From Octopus vulgaris (Eukaryota): DNA of 64,000 nucleotides. The first letter of the stretch is position 1. Each line of letters starts with the position of its first letter. Both the position numbers and the translations under genes were made by a program. The notes beneath the pieces were generated by a model, which ran no database searches, was not told where the DNA came from, and saw nothing but the letters and a program-made list of their open reading frames with translations. This document shows positions 1 to 13,835 of this stretch, piece by piece. The stretch lies in NCBI GenBank assembly GCA_951406725.2, contig OX597819.1:113336001-113400000 (forward strand), written 5' to 3'.

Positions 1-58
1 ATGAATGATTGTACAAGTATCTATATACATATTATTTAGATCTGCATAGTATATACAT

Positions 59-279
59 ACGAAGGTTGTGCTGAAAAGTATCTGGCTTTGGGTAAAAGAA
101 AAGGATCAGTTAGTTAAGATTTTATACAACATATTCCCCTCTCAGATTTGCACACTTATTGCAGCAGCCCTTCAGTTTCTCTAAGCCCTGTAAAAGAACT
201 CGGAAAGTTGGGCCTCCAACCAGGCTTTTCGCGATACCCTTAAAGCCAGGAACTTTTCAGCACTATCACCCCCACCGTA
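59..279. mobile_element. Tc1/mariner-type MITE (decayed)
   Basis: Imperfect terminal inverted repeats gtgctgaaaagtatctggcttt ... aaagccaggaacttttcagcac, in TA-rich flanks. Confidence 0.7.
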
Positions 280-469
280 TATATAAAACAAATTTAGTAT
301 AATATGAATAAAAACCTCTTGACATACATTTAATATTTCTTATGTCATTATTTGACTACCGTATATTATCCTACAGTAGGATATATTCGAGGGCTGGATA
401 CAAATGCGGAACTTCCCTTTGCATAAGATTAATACAAGAATAATATGACAAAGGGACGGGGGATATCAA

Positions 470-622
470 TTCTTTAAAAGTAGAGCACCACATTTGTTTC
501 CGCGCCACACACCTGCTTTAAGTTGGTGATATTATATTCTTCTATAATGGTATGAATAAAAACTCAGCAACTTAAAGTTGGTGAGCGGTGCAGGAACAAA
601 TGCTGTGGTCTACTATTAAAGC
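470..622. repeat. Degenerate long inverted repeat (MITE-like foldback)
   Basis: ctttaaaagtagagcaccacatttgtttcc...ctttaagttg is the approximate reverse complement of caacttaaag...ggaacaaatgctgtggtctactattaaag. Confidence 0.6.
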
Positions 623-749
623 CTGAAATCCTCCATTCTTGTGCTATATTATTATTATATATGTGTATATGCATATGTATTTACATATATATGCGTTTAG
701 TGTGTGTATGTAGACTTGTATATATATATATGCGTTTGTTGTGTGTGTG

Positions 750-847
<98 letters not shown>

Positions 848-903
848 CTAAAAGACACTTTATTCATTCACCTTCAGTTTCACTTCGAAACGGTTGTAAA
901 TAA

Positions 904-990
904 GGACCCTGATGAAGCTGTACCGACAATGACACGAGGATGCATACCTAAAAATATGTGGTCGGATGCAGTTGAAACGCGCGTAGGTCC
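904..990 (+). ncRNA. Type I hammerhead ribozyme, minimal Penelope-type, intact
   Basis: Stem I ggacc(904-908)/ggtcc(986-990); core CTGATGA 909-915; stem II agctgtaccgac/gtcggatgcagtt; GAAA 974-977; palindromic stem III C-GCGC-G; cleavage triplet GTA 983-985. Confidence 0.85.
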
Positions 991-1065
991 AGAATAGAAT
1001 GTTGTAAATAACTGTTTGATACAATTATAGATTTGGGAAATCTCCGTTCTCCCTATTATTATTAA

Positions 1066-1122
<57 letters not shown>

Positions 1123-1143
1123 ATGGGAGTGTAAATATTATTT

Positions 1144-1209
<66 letters not shown>

Positions 1210-1497
1210 TAGACGGACAAACAGACAGATATGGTGTAAATATTACTGATTAAAAAATATATTCAATTTCCAGCTAGAAGCGGGAATGGGTAGTTTCATA
1301 TTCGAGTTCCTTCGGAAATTTTTTTATCAAATTATTTATCGATTTACTAATTCAACTCTATATATCAATGCAGAACTATTTTTTTTCGTTTTTTTTTTGA
1401 CATTTCAATCTATGGCCGACTATTTACATATAAGTGTTTATCTACATGCGTGTGTTTGCGTGCGCGCGCATATGTATTTGTACATACCAATCGTACA

Positions 1498-1570
<73 letters not shown>

Positions 1571-1971
1571 GCACACTGACTCGAAAACCACAGTTCGATA
1601 AAATTAGTACCAAGCAAAATAAGTACTGGGTCGGTATGATAGACGAAACTCTTGAAGGCGGACTCCAGCATAGTCACTAGGTAATGTTGGTATCAGAAAA
1701 ATAAGATAAAAATTTCCTTTTTATGTGTGTGTGTATGCGTGTGTGCGTGTGTGTCTGATTCTATGCATGTGTGTGTATGCATATGTATGGTTGTATACAC
1801 AAATATATATATATATATATAATAAATAATATCAGGGTAATAAAAATTATAGAAATTTTTACTACCAGTGGCCTAGCGTACAAGAAAATTAGTCAATAGA
1901 CTAAATATTATTCGTATAAAATACAATGTACATTAAAACACATTAAGAGGCTTCATTCATAGGAATCCATT

Positions 1972-2097
1972 ACGTCAAAACGGTAGAGGAGTAGGGGCCG
2001 AAACCGGACGTGGTTCCTCCTGATGATGTCTTGAGCTAACTGGATCCTATAAAGGAGCTGTTGGGGTAGCAGACCACGAAACACGGTTGTAATTCCT
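1972..2097 (+). repeat. ~125-bp dispersed repeat, copy 1, with hammerhead core motifs
   Basis: Near-identical to 25694-25819; contains CTGATGA (2020-2026) and GAAAC twice (2000, 2078). Confidence 0.8.
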
Positions 2098-2280
2098 ACC
2101 AATCCACAACGAACATGTAGTGTGCATAATGCTTGTTGCAATATATTTGCCTTGAATTGTTCTTATTTTAATAAGGCTACATAGCTTTTATTATATACAT
2201 ATCTACATGTATAACTATCTATCAATCTATCTATCAATCTATCATTCTATCTAAATATACATACACACACATGCACACAC

Positions 2281-2352
<72 letters not shown>

Positions 2353-2456
2353 GTTTGTATGTATATATAGATATAGATAAAAAGGTAGAGAGATAGATAG
2401 ATTGATAGATAATTATAGGCAAATATATCACAACATATATATATATATATATATAT

Positions 2457-2832
2457 GCTGCAGCACCGCCTTTAGTCGAGCAAATCGATCCCAGGACTTA
2501 TTCTTTGTAAGCCTAGTACTTATTCTATCGGCCTCTTTTGCCGAACCGCTAAGTTACGTGGACGTAAACACACCAGCATCTGTTGTCAAGCGATGTTGAG
2601 TGGGACAAACACAGACACACAAACATATACACACGCATACATATATATATATATATGTGCATATATACAACGGGCTTCTTTCAGTTTACGTCTACCAAAT
2701 CCACTCACAAGGCTTTGGTCGGCCCAAGGCTATTGTAGGAGACACTTGCCCAAGGTGCCACGCAGTAGAGCTGAACCCGGAACCCATGTGGTTGGTAAGC
2801 AAGCTACTTACCACAAAGCCACTCCTACGCCT
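2457..2832 (-). mobile_element. tRNA-derived SINE, family A
   Basis: Minus strand has a tRNA-like head (tggtaag...ggttcag), body gccttgtgagtggatttggtagac, an internal microsatellite and the 3' part aacttagcggttcggcaaaaga; more than 10 copies in the window. Confidence 0.85.
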
Positions 2833-3405
2833 ATCCACAAAAAAAATACTAACTTCTAAAGCAACATATCAGCTGCATTGTACAACGTGCTTGCGACTGC
2901 AGTATTGTTTGTTTATGGGTCACCTTGATCTTCAGTATAATACAAACAATCTCATATTACAGCAATTAGTCATCAGTTTAGACATGGTTGACTGAACGTA
3001 TGTTTAGTGCATTTGACAAGTTATTGCGTGTTGAGCATAAAGGGGTTCAGAAGAGCTCGTGTTTAGCTGAAATTTTGTTTCAAATTAGATAAATACAATA
3101 CAGATTTTTCTAATATGGCAAAAGGCTTATGAAGAGAATTGTTTAAACTACGCATTGTGACGACGTTTCCAATCGAGAAAAATGTTCTCCAACGATAATA
3201 GACGACGATCAAATTTAAAAAACGAATTCTCTGATCCCCGAAAATTGTCGTCTGACTGTTCAAGATCGTCACCTTCAACGACAATACTAAATTGCTTCGA
3301 TGAAATGTAAAGGTCTATATAAACGTTTGATTGTTTTTTGTTCTATTCTGATCTTATGTATATTTTATGCTTTTATTTAACGGTCTTATCTTCGGTGTAT
3401 TCTAT

Positions 3406-3900
3406 TGCCAAGTGCAAACATAACAGCCAAGATATATTTTGTTTGGAATAAAACAAAAACCGTCTCCTGATTTCCGAAAACGTAAACATCGTGTTTCAGC
3501 AAAACTTTTTTGACTAATGAATCATGTTACAATTATCTTTCTGAAAAGTGTGATAACAGACGAAATATTGTGGAACAGCCAGGACAGCACAATAACGCAA
3601 CCATTGCACTGGTTTGAATTATTGTCAAAGAAACCGAAATTGCTTGTCAGAATCGCTTAAACACGATGGTGATATTGGTGGTCGTCTTTTTTTATTGAAA
3701 GAGTGGGTGTTGCTCATTTTCAGTTTGTTCCCCGTGGCCAAACAATAATTAGTTTTACATGGCTGTCCTGGGGTGTTTGAGAAATGTAGAGTGAATGATG
3801 TGGCCTGAGGCATGGACAAATAAAACCCAAATGTTACACCACAACACATTTGGTCTTCCGTTATTCATTAACATTGATTTTTTTTATGTTGGCAAAGAAC
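3406..3900 (+). mobile_element. Possible highly decayed piggyBac transposase fragment
   Basis: Frameshifted peptides ANITAKIYF, GMDK, CYTT..RYSLTLIFF occur in the order of piggyBac RNITxDNWF, GGVD, RWP motifs; weak similarity judged by eye. Confidence 0.3.
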
Positions 3901-4950
3901 GAGACGGCTCTCAACATTTAGTCAGCCTGCACTTCAGATTTGGTTCCTTTCTGTTTCTTTTTAATCCACTCTGAGAGATCTCCGATTTCAAACGGTAGAA
4001 GTAATTAAAGAAAATTCGCTACAAGAAATAAGTACTACTATCAAAAATATGTCCTGGGACGTGTTCTAAAACTAGAAAAACAAAAACATTGTGAGCGGTG
4101 TATTAACAGAAAAAGGAATTATCCTGAAGGAGCCAAGGGTGATTAAAATGAAAGTAAAGCATTAAATTTGCTTTTATAAAAGTTCAGTTTCTTTTGGGGC
4201 AGACATCAAATACGTACGTATATACGCATATATACATTCATGCATGTATATATGTAAATGTATCTGTATGTGTATGTTTGTATGTATGTGTTTATATGTG
4301 TGTGTATACATATATGTCCATGCATACTACAATAATATATTTGCATTTAAAAGTTCGGTTTCTTTGCGGGTAGAGGTTAACATACACGTATGTATGCGTT
4401 TATGTATGTTTATATGAATGTAAGTATATATTTATGTATACACACATACGTGCACACACACACGCTCATTTATATACATTTACACATACAAACATGTATA
4501 TATACATACATCTATCTATGTATAATTTATGTATGTAAGTATAATGTCTCGCTTTGTTATTGTTGAATATATAATTATATCAATAACAGAAACCATTATA
4601 GAATAATGACGCCACAATTCCTTACTGCCAAAACCCCTACTGATTCAGCCCTTACTGACATAATTTGTTGTATTCAATTTATTAAGAGTTGGGGTTCAAA
4701 CCCTGTTGGAGGTAGGGGTTTACAAAATAGGTGCCATAATACACTTGTGATTAGTCAATTTATTCGACTGTACTCTTCTTTCTTTTGTGTAAACTGGAGA
4801 CATGTTTCTGATGTCAAAGAAAATCGTTCGAATTTTGTCCTTCACCATTTCGAAGTCAAAAAAATACAGACCCCTCAAGTACTGGGATCATTAATATCGA
4901 CTAAACCCCCTCCCCTCAAATTTACTAGCCTTGTATCTATATCAGAAACA

Positions 4951-4998
<48 letters not shown>

Positions 4999-5099
4999 TT
5001 TTGCTCCTGTCACCGCTTCGTATTCCCTTAGATCAGTGCCGACCACCTCAATTTCTGAGACATCCGACACTATTACAGAAACAGGCAGACTGGAAACTG

Positions 5100-5462
5100 G
5101 GCAGAGGTGGCGAATCCGTACGTCGCTTCCGTCATCTACTACCGCCGTCCATTGCCCCACTTTGTGCCTGATCAAGCTGGAGTGCTTGCTCTTCCCTTTC
5201 TGTGGTAGGGATGTGTTCTGCTCGTGTTCTGCTCCAAGACCAAGAAAGAGCGCTTGGCAGCTGGAGTGTCGGCAAGCGATCACAGCTTTCTGCCAGTCGG
5301 ACAATGCAGTCGGTGGAAATTCCTCTATGGATTTCTACAGGGAATTAGTGGCGAACAAAAGCGAAGACGTTCTCGGGGAAACTCCGTGCGTCGGAAGGGA
5401 TCAATTAACTGATCTTTTCTGAAGGACTTTTGGACCAGGTTCTATGGATAACTTCCAGAAAT
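5100..5462 (+). mobile_element. Decayed L1/Tx1-like LINE ORF2 fragment (region upstream of zf-RVT)
   Basis: PRPRKSAWQLECRQA...FYRELV...DVLGET...QLTDLF*RTFGPGSMDNFQK resembles recalled cephalopod L1/Tx1 ORF2 C-terminal sequence; in-frame stop present. Confidence 0.55.
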
Positions 5463-5583
5463 GGTATTGTTGCTGCTACTGTCCTTATTCTTCCCTTTCC
5501 ACCTACCTATACTTCTCCAGGTTTGCTCTCCTCTTGACTATGTTTATGTCTGCCCCTGCTGCCATTATCGTTGTTGCTTTTCC

Positions 5584-5712
5584 TCATCATCATCGTCGTC
5601 GTCGTCATCACCATCACCACCATCACCATCATCATCATCACCGCCACCACCACCATCATCATCATCACCACCACCACCACCGCTATCATCATCATCATCA
5701 TCATCATTATCA
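5584..5712. repeat. (CAT/CAC)n compound trinucleotide tract
   Basis: Directly visible. Confidence 0.95.
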
Positions 5713-6155
5713 CCAATTTTTCTTATTTTTCTCCATATCCTTGATCTTGTTGTTCCTTTGAGAACTCGTCCCTCCACCACCAGCACTCACAACACATACT
5801 AATGAGGGGCCCTTCTGGCTGGTCTTGGAACCTTCTAAAGACAGCAGCAAAATCTTTCCCGAACCATGCTTACCGTCTTTAATAAATGACACACTGAATA
5901 GTGTAGTTCAGAATACAGTTTAACTCAGCAAACAAATTCGGATTGATTATGGTTTGGACTCATTTGATCATAGACCAGCTCAATCAAGTTTGGCCTGGGG
6001 TTAAAATAACAACAACAACAACAACATCAACAGCAACAACATTACCCAGTCAGGTCCAATGTGGCAACTTGATACAAGTTGGGATAATGAGATTAGTGTC
6101 TTCTTTCTTCCTATGTCATTGTTCGTCTTGTTGTTGATGGCGGCGGCGGTGGTAT

Positions 6156-6213
<58 letters not shown>

Positions 6214-6251
6214 GGTGGTGATGATGGTGGTGGTGGTGGTGGTGGTGATGA

Positions 6252-6285
<34 letters not shown>

Positions 6286-6341
6286 GGTGGTGGTGGTGGT
6301 GGTGATGATGATGATGATGACGATGATGATGACGATGATGA

Positions 6342-6375
<34 letters not shown>

Positions 6376-6400
6376 GCTGGTGCTGGTGCTGGTGCTGGTG
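6156..6400. repeat. (GAT/GGT)n compound trinucleotide tract
   Basis: Directly visible. Confidence 0.95.
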
Positions 6401-6900
6401 ATTTTTTTTGTGTGTTTGTGATGGTGATTGTGAAGGGAGGAAAGATCACGGTGGTTGGGGGCGGTTAGTTGTAATAGAAGTGTTAATGAAAATGGCGATA
6501 ATGATGATGATGATGATGATGATGATGACGACGAAGACGACGACGACGACGATGATGTTGCCTACCATCGTGAAGATGATGCTAATGTTTATATTTTTAT
6601 ATTGATAATAGCCTCAACCCCACCTTCTCTTTCTCTCTTTCCGCCTCTCTCTTTCTCTCTCTCTCTCTTTCTCTCTCTATTTCTCTTTCCCTCCCTCTTT
6701 CTCTTTATCTCTCTTTCTCTTTCTCACACTCTCTCTGTCCTTCTATGAGCATAAAACTACCATTATCTAACATTATCATACGGTTCCTTTACCTCCGACC
6801 TTCAACAGAATATTTGGTTTAACCCATTTGGAGCCTTTATCAGACCTAACAACTCAAATGCGACATTATCAGCCAGATACAGAACTTCCGAACCCTTTCT

Positions 6901-6901
<1 letters not shown>

Positions 6902-6974
<73 letters not shown>

Positions 6975-7319
6975 ACATACGCACGCATAAACACACATAC
7001 ACACACACACGCACGCAGATACATACTGATAGCACATGAAGACATCTCTACATACATAAAACATGTACACTTACAAATATTCATTCGATACATACGTACA
7101 TGCATGCATGCATACATACATACATACATATATACATACATACATCCATACATGCATGCATACATACATAGATACAATATATGCATGCATATATACATAC
7201 TCACATAGATATATAAACATACATAATGCATACATACACATATAAACATACATACATGCATATATACATACTACAAACCTGCATACATACATACATACAT
7301 ACATACATACATACATACA

Positions 7320-7350
<31 letters not shown>

Positions 7351-7490
7351 TGACATACATACACACATACATACATACTACAGACCTGCATACATACATG
7401 CATACAAACATACATATTAGCATACATACATACATACATACATACATACATACATACATACATACATACATACATACATACATACATACA
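6902..7490. repeat. (CA)n and (CATA)n microsatellite region
   Basis: Directly visible. Confidence 0.95.
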
Positions 7491-7793
7491 TTACAACTAT
7501 ACATATATTTTTATGGTCGATATTACACACGTGATGAGCAGCTGCCCAAAAACGTCGTTCAGGTACTACCACCTTCCAATGCGTCATGTTGTTGATGCTA
7601 AAAACAATATACAATACTATCCATAAGAAAGACACCTTCAGGATAAATATAGAGAATACCACTGCTTTTGAATATAAACAGAAGCACGTATCAACACGAA
7701 TAGATGTTGTGGAATATTCTCATCGAAACTTCTGCCAAGTGCAAACATAACAGCCACGATATATTTTGTTTGGAATAAAACAAAATTTATATA

Positions 7794-7945
7794 TATTTCT
7801 TTACTACCCACGAGGGGCTAAACACAGAGGGGACAAACAAGGACAGACAAAGGGATTAAGTCGATTATATCGACCCCAGTGCGTAACTGGTATTTAATTT
7901 ATCGACCCCCGAGAGGATGAAAGGCAAAGTCGAACTCGGAACGTA
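7794..7945 (-). mobile_element. SINE family B, partial
   Basis: ggggctaaacacagaggggacaaacaaggacagac...ggatgaaaggcaaagtcga is shared with other family B copies. Confidence 0.8.
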
Positions 7946-7965
7946 CAGTCTGTCATAGGCTTTGT

Positions 7966-8075
7966 GGTGGTGAGTGGCCTAGTGGTTAGGGTGTTGGACT
8001 CGTGGTTGTAAGATTGTGGTTTCAATTCCTGGAGCGAGCGACACGTTAAACTCTTGAGCAAAGCACTTTATTTCG
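7966..8075 (+). mobile_element. tRNA-derived SINE head, family D
   Basis: tggcctagtggttagggtg...ggtttcaattcctgga (A/B boxes), then cttgagcaaagcac. Confidence 0.7.
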
Positions 8076-8461
8076 TACATATGCAACAGGCACACGTACG
8101 ATCACAAACCAGTATGAATTGGCTGCATCTACCATACTTTCACTAATTGTTTTAGATAGCTGTGTAGTTGCAAGTAGAGATAGACACCCACGAAGCCTTC
8201 CCACACTTCACCCAGCAGAATATCGTGAACGTCACTGCTGGAGAGAGGAAGGGCTGCACTAGGACCTAGTTGTTACTCATTTTCAGCTTAGCAGACTGGA
8301 ACAAACGAATTGAAGCGCCTTACACAAGGGTATAACATGCTTGTCTGGTCCAGCTAATTGAACCCACGAATGTGAGCATGATCCCAAAACATTAACCGAT
8401 GGATCACATAGTTACATTATAGTTGCATGAATATACATATGCATGTGTGTGCGTGTGTGTA

Positions 8462-9254
<793 letters not shown>

Positions 9255-9589
9255 ATAAATAAGTTGGGTTTTTTGCCAAAAATCTTTGATATAGTCACAA
9301 TCTTCAAAGAAAGATTTTCTTAAATGCTTTTAAAATGCAGAATGTCATGAACTTTTAGGAAAATATTCTTTGTTCTGTGTGTTTTCTGCGCCTAAGTGTT
9401 GCCGTTGTTCAATTTTACAAATATGTGTTCTGTAATAATCCGGATCGACGAATTTGTTTTTTAGTGAGGTGTTGATTATTTCCGATTTAATTTTCGGATT
9501 TAGAATTCTTATTAAGTGTTCTTTTACCTTTCGTAGTTGCTACACACACAGACACACACACACACACATATGTATATGCCTAATCACAG

Positions 9590-9713
<124 letters not shown>

Positions 9714-9728
9714 GATCGATCTATCTAT

Positions 9729-10025
<297 letters not shown>

Positions 10026-10045
10026 TGTGTGTGTGTGTGTGTGTG

Positions 10046-10531
10046 TTTGACAACCGTTGTTATTGTGTTTATGTCCCTGAAACTTAGCGGTTAAGCATAA
10101 AAGATCGATAAAATAAGCACTAGGCTTACAAGCTTACAGAGAATAAGTCCTGGGGTCGATTTGTTCGACTAAAACCCTTTAAAGCTGTGCTCCAACAATA
10201 GCTGCAGTCAAATTACTGAAACAAGTAAAAAAAAAAAAAAAAGAATACAGAATTAAAAGAATACATATATTACATATATATATAGGCGCAGGAGTGACTG
10301 TGTGGTAAGTGGCTTCCTTACCAACTACATGCTTCTGCGTTCAGTTCCACTGCATGGCACCGTGTGCAAGTGTCATCTACTACAGCCTCGGGCTGATCAA
10401 AGCCTTGTGATTAGATTTGGTAGACGGAAACTAAAAGAAGTCCGTCGTATATATATATATATATATGCTTGTGTGAGTGTGTGTGGTGTGCGTGCGTGCG
10501 TGCGTGCGTGCGTGTGTGCGTGCGTGCGTGC

Positions 10532-10566
<35 letters not shown>

Positions 10567-10740
10567 TGTTAGTGTTAATCACCCATTAATGCTGGCATGT
10601 TCACGCTCCCGAAACATAGCAGTTTGACAAAAGAAACCGGTAGAATAAGTATCAGATTTTTAAAAATAAGTACTGGTGTCGAATTATTCTACTAAAACCC
10701 TTCAAGTGACTGAAATATGTAAAGAGGTGAAGGATAAAAG
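10046..10740 (+). mobile_element. SINE family A: 3' half plus a full copy from 10285
   Basis: Head ggcgcaggagtgactgtgtggtaag at 10285; family A body and tail. Confidence 0.8.
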
Positions 10741-11469
10741 GAGAACAGCAAACTAAAGGACAATGAAATACAGAATTGCTACAGCGTCAAACAAAATATT
10801 TTATTTTGCCGTATTTCGTTGCATCCCTTCGTATTCTTTCATCATTACAGGGCTGATAAAATACAATATCAGTCAAGTATTTGCAGCAATTTTAATTTGA
10901 TTTTAGCTAGTTGCCCAAAATGTGGGGCGTATGTTTGTATTGAAAATCACTGTTATATACAAACTAAGGGTAAGAATTGGCAGAAACGATGGGGTATCTA
11001 TGTAACTAAATATTTTACGATATTGAGTTTCGTTCAATGATACTTTGTGTGTAAATCCCACTGGGGTCGACACTGTATACCATATCTCTTATAGAATAAA
11101 TAAATATCTATTATACATAAATATACTGCTACAATTGCTAATGGGTCTACATTGACAAAGATGGCGAAGCCCGGCGAAAACGAGGCTCAACAGACAAAAT
11201 CTTCCCATAAAGAAGACAGTCTTAAGGTATTATTATTTTAACATATATTAACATGAACTAAAATGCAAACGAAAAGATATTCAAAGTATGGAATAAGGAT
11301 ATTTTGGGTGTGATGTAACCGGATCATGCCTGTAAAAAGGGGTGACGCCCTAAACAGGGTGAAATATATTTTCACGAAAGTATTCGCTGGTTTTTAAATT
11401 CTTGATGCACAGTTAGGATAAGTATGTCTACAGAAACCCAACCTTGAAGTAAAGGGATATAGGGATATA

Positions 11470-11573
<104 letters not shown>

Positions 11574-11670
11574 AAAATTTGAAGAAACATGTATATCAGA
11601 GCATAGACATACTAATCACACCTACACAAACACCATCACCCACAGAGAGAATAAAACATCATTTGCATAC

Positions 11671-11760
<90 letters not shown>

Positions 11761-12040
11761 GTATGTATATATATACATATATGGACGAACATGCACGCAC
11801 ACACCACACACCACACACCACACACACATACACGCACACATATACACATGCATGCACACACGTATGTATGTGCATATATAAACATATATGCATGTGTATG
11901 CGTGTGAGTGTGTGTATGCGCGCGCGCGTGTCTGTATAAACTGGGAATAAGTTTTTCACACATATTCCGGCTAAAACATGCCTTTGTTTCGTTATATAAT
12001 ACAATATTTTTATTTTCTCGTATTTCCATATTAGTTTCTG

Positions 12041-12100
<60 letters not shown>

Positions 12101-12454
12101 ACACACATGCCTATAGGAGAGGCTACTTATCTCCTCATGGAGCTGTGGGGAAGCCAATATGACAGGCGGCGTGTCTTGGGCATTTTCAAACCTGGTAGAG
12201 CCCAACCCACCCCCTCGCCAAATCTAAGCACACCCGTTTTCTTCCAAAAGGAAAGAGAGCAGGGTATTCCAATACTGGAATATATAAATCTCGACCTCGA
12301 AAAGATGTATGGAACACTTGCATTCGGTGGAATTTGAAGTCAGAAAGCCGGAACTAATACTCAGAGTACTCCAAAAGAGTCTGACATTCCAATGACTTTA
12401 ACCCTGCCAGTTCGGACAAATTCATACATATGTACATACATTCATGCAAATATA

Positions 12455-12511
<57 letters not shown>

Positions 12512-12513
12512 TC

Positions 12514-12588
<75 letters not shown>

Positions 12589-12614
12589 TATATATATATA
12601 TGTGTATGTGTGTG

Positions 12615-12812
12615 TTTGTGTGTCTGTGTTTGTCCCCCAACATCGCTTGACAACCGATGCTTGTGTGTTTACGTCCCCGTAACTTAGCAGTTCGGCAAAA
12701 GAGACCGATATAATAAGTACTAGGCTTACAAAGAATAAGTCTCGGGGTCGAGTTGCTCGACTAAAGGCGGTGCTCCAGCATGGCCACAGTCACATGACTG
12801 AAGCAAGTAAAA
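12615..12812 (+). mobile_element. SINE family A, 3' half
   Basis: catcgcttgacaaccgatgc...ggcggtgctccagcatggcc. Confidence 0.85.
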
Positions 12813-13081
12813 AAATTAATTGCATAAATATATGTATACGTCCAAATACACACACACACACACACACACATACACACGCATACGTATATCGGTTGAAACG
12901 ATTGATACATATTCCCATGAATGAATTCTTATTGTGGTATAAAAATGCCTGTGTTTTATCTCACGAGACTAAATCTCTTCCACAGAACTAGTGTTACTTC
13001 GCTTGTGCTCGAAATGCTCTCAAGCTTGTATACACATTGTTACCAACCTTAACATTATTCTTTTTTTTTTCTTTTTTCTTT

Positions 13082-13470
13082 TTCTTTTATTTGTTTCAGT
13101 CATTTGACTGCGGCCATGCTGGAGCACCGCCTTTAGTCGAGCAACTCGACCCCGGGACTTATTCTTTGTAAGCCCAGTACTTATTCTATCGGCCTCTTTT
13201 GCAGAACCGCTAAGTGACGGGGACATAAACACACCAGCATCGGTTGTCAAGCAATGCTAGGGGGACAAACACAGACACACAAACACACACACAAATATAT
13301 ATATATACATATATACGACGGGCTTCTTTCAGTTTCCGTCTACCAAATCCACTCACAAGGCTTTGGTCGGCCCGAGGCTATAGTAAAAGACACTTGTCCA
13401 AGGTGCCACGCAGTGGGACTGAACCCGGAACCATGTGGTTGGTAAGCAAGCTACTTACCACACAGCCACA
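13082..13470 (-). mobile_element. SINE family A, near full length
   Basis: All family A segments present. Confidence 0.9.
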
Positions 13471-13623
13471 CGAATGAAATGATGCTTCATAACTCATTAA
13501 AATGCCCAGGTTTTGATTCTTAGATTGCCATCTATTCTTCGGGTATTGAATACCCGTTTAAAATGAATTAAAGAGTCTATAAAGAAATGACAGTAACTTT
13601 TCCAGCATTATTTATTGCAAGTA

Positions 13624-13835
13624 ACGAGACGAGCTGGCAGAATCGTTAGCACGCCGGACAAAATACTTAGCGACATTTCATCCGTCTTTACGTTCTGAGT
13701 TGAAATGCCACCGAGGTCTTTGCCTTTTGTCCTTCAGGGTCGATAAAATAAGTACTAGTTGAGTTCTGGAGTCGACACAATCGACTCACCCCCTCCGACG
13801 TAATTGCTGGCCTTGTGCTAAAATTTGAAACCATT
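13624..13835 (+). mobile_element. tRNA-derived SINE, family B
   Basis: gagctggcagaatcgttagcacgccggac...gttctgagttgaaat...ggccttgtgctaaaatttgaaacc. Confidence 0.8.

Noticed and set aside
4931-5422. 163-aa ORF as a host gene
   Set aside because: It begins in an (ATT)n tract and the remainder is better explained as a LINE remnant
11345-11392. Hairpin followed by GAAA
   Set aside because: CTGANGA core not recognisable
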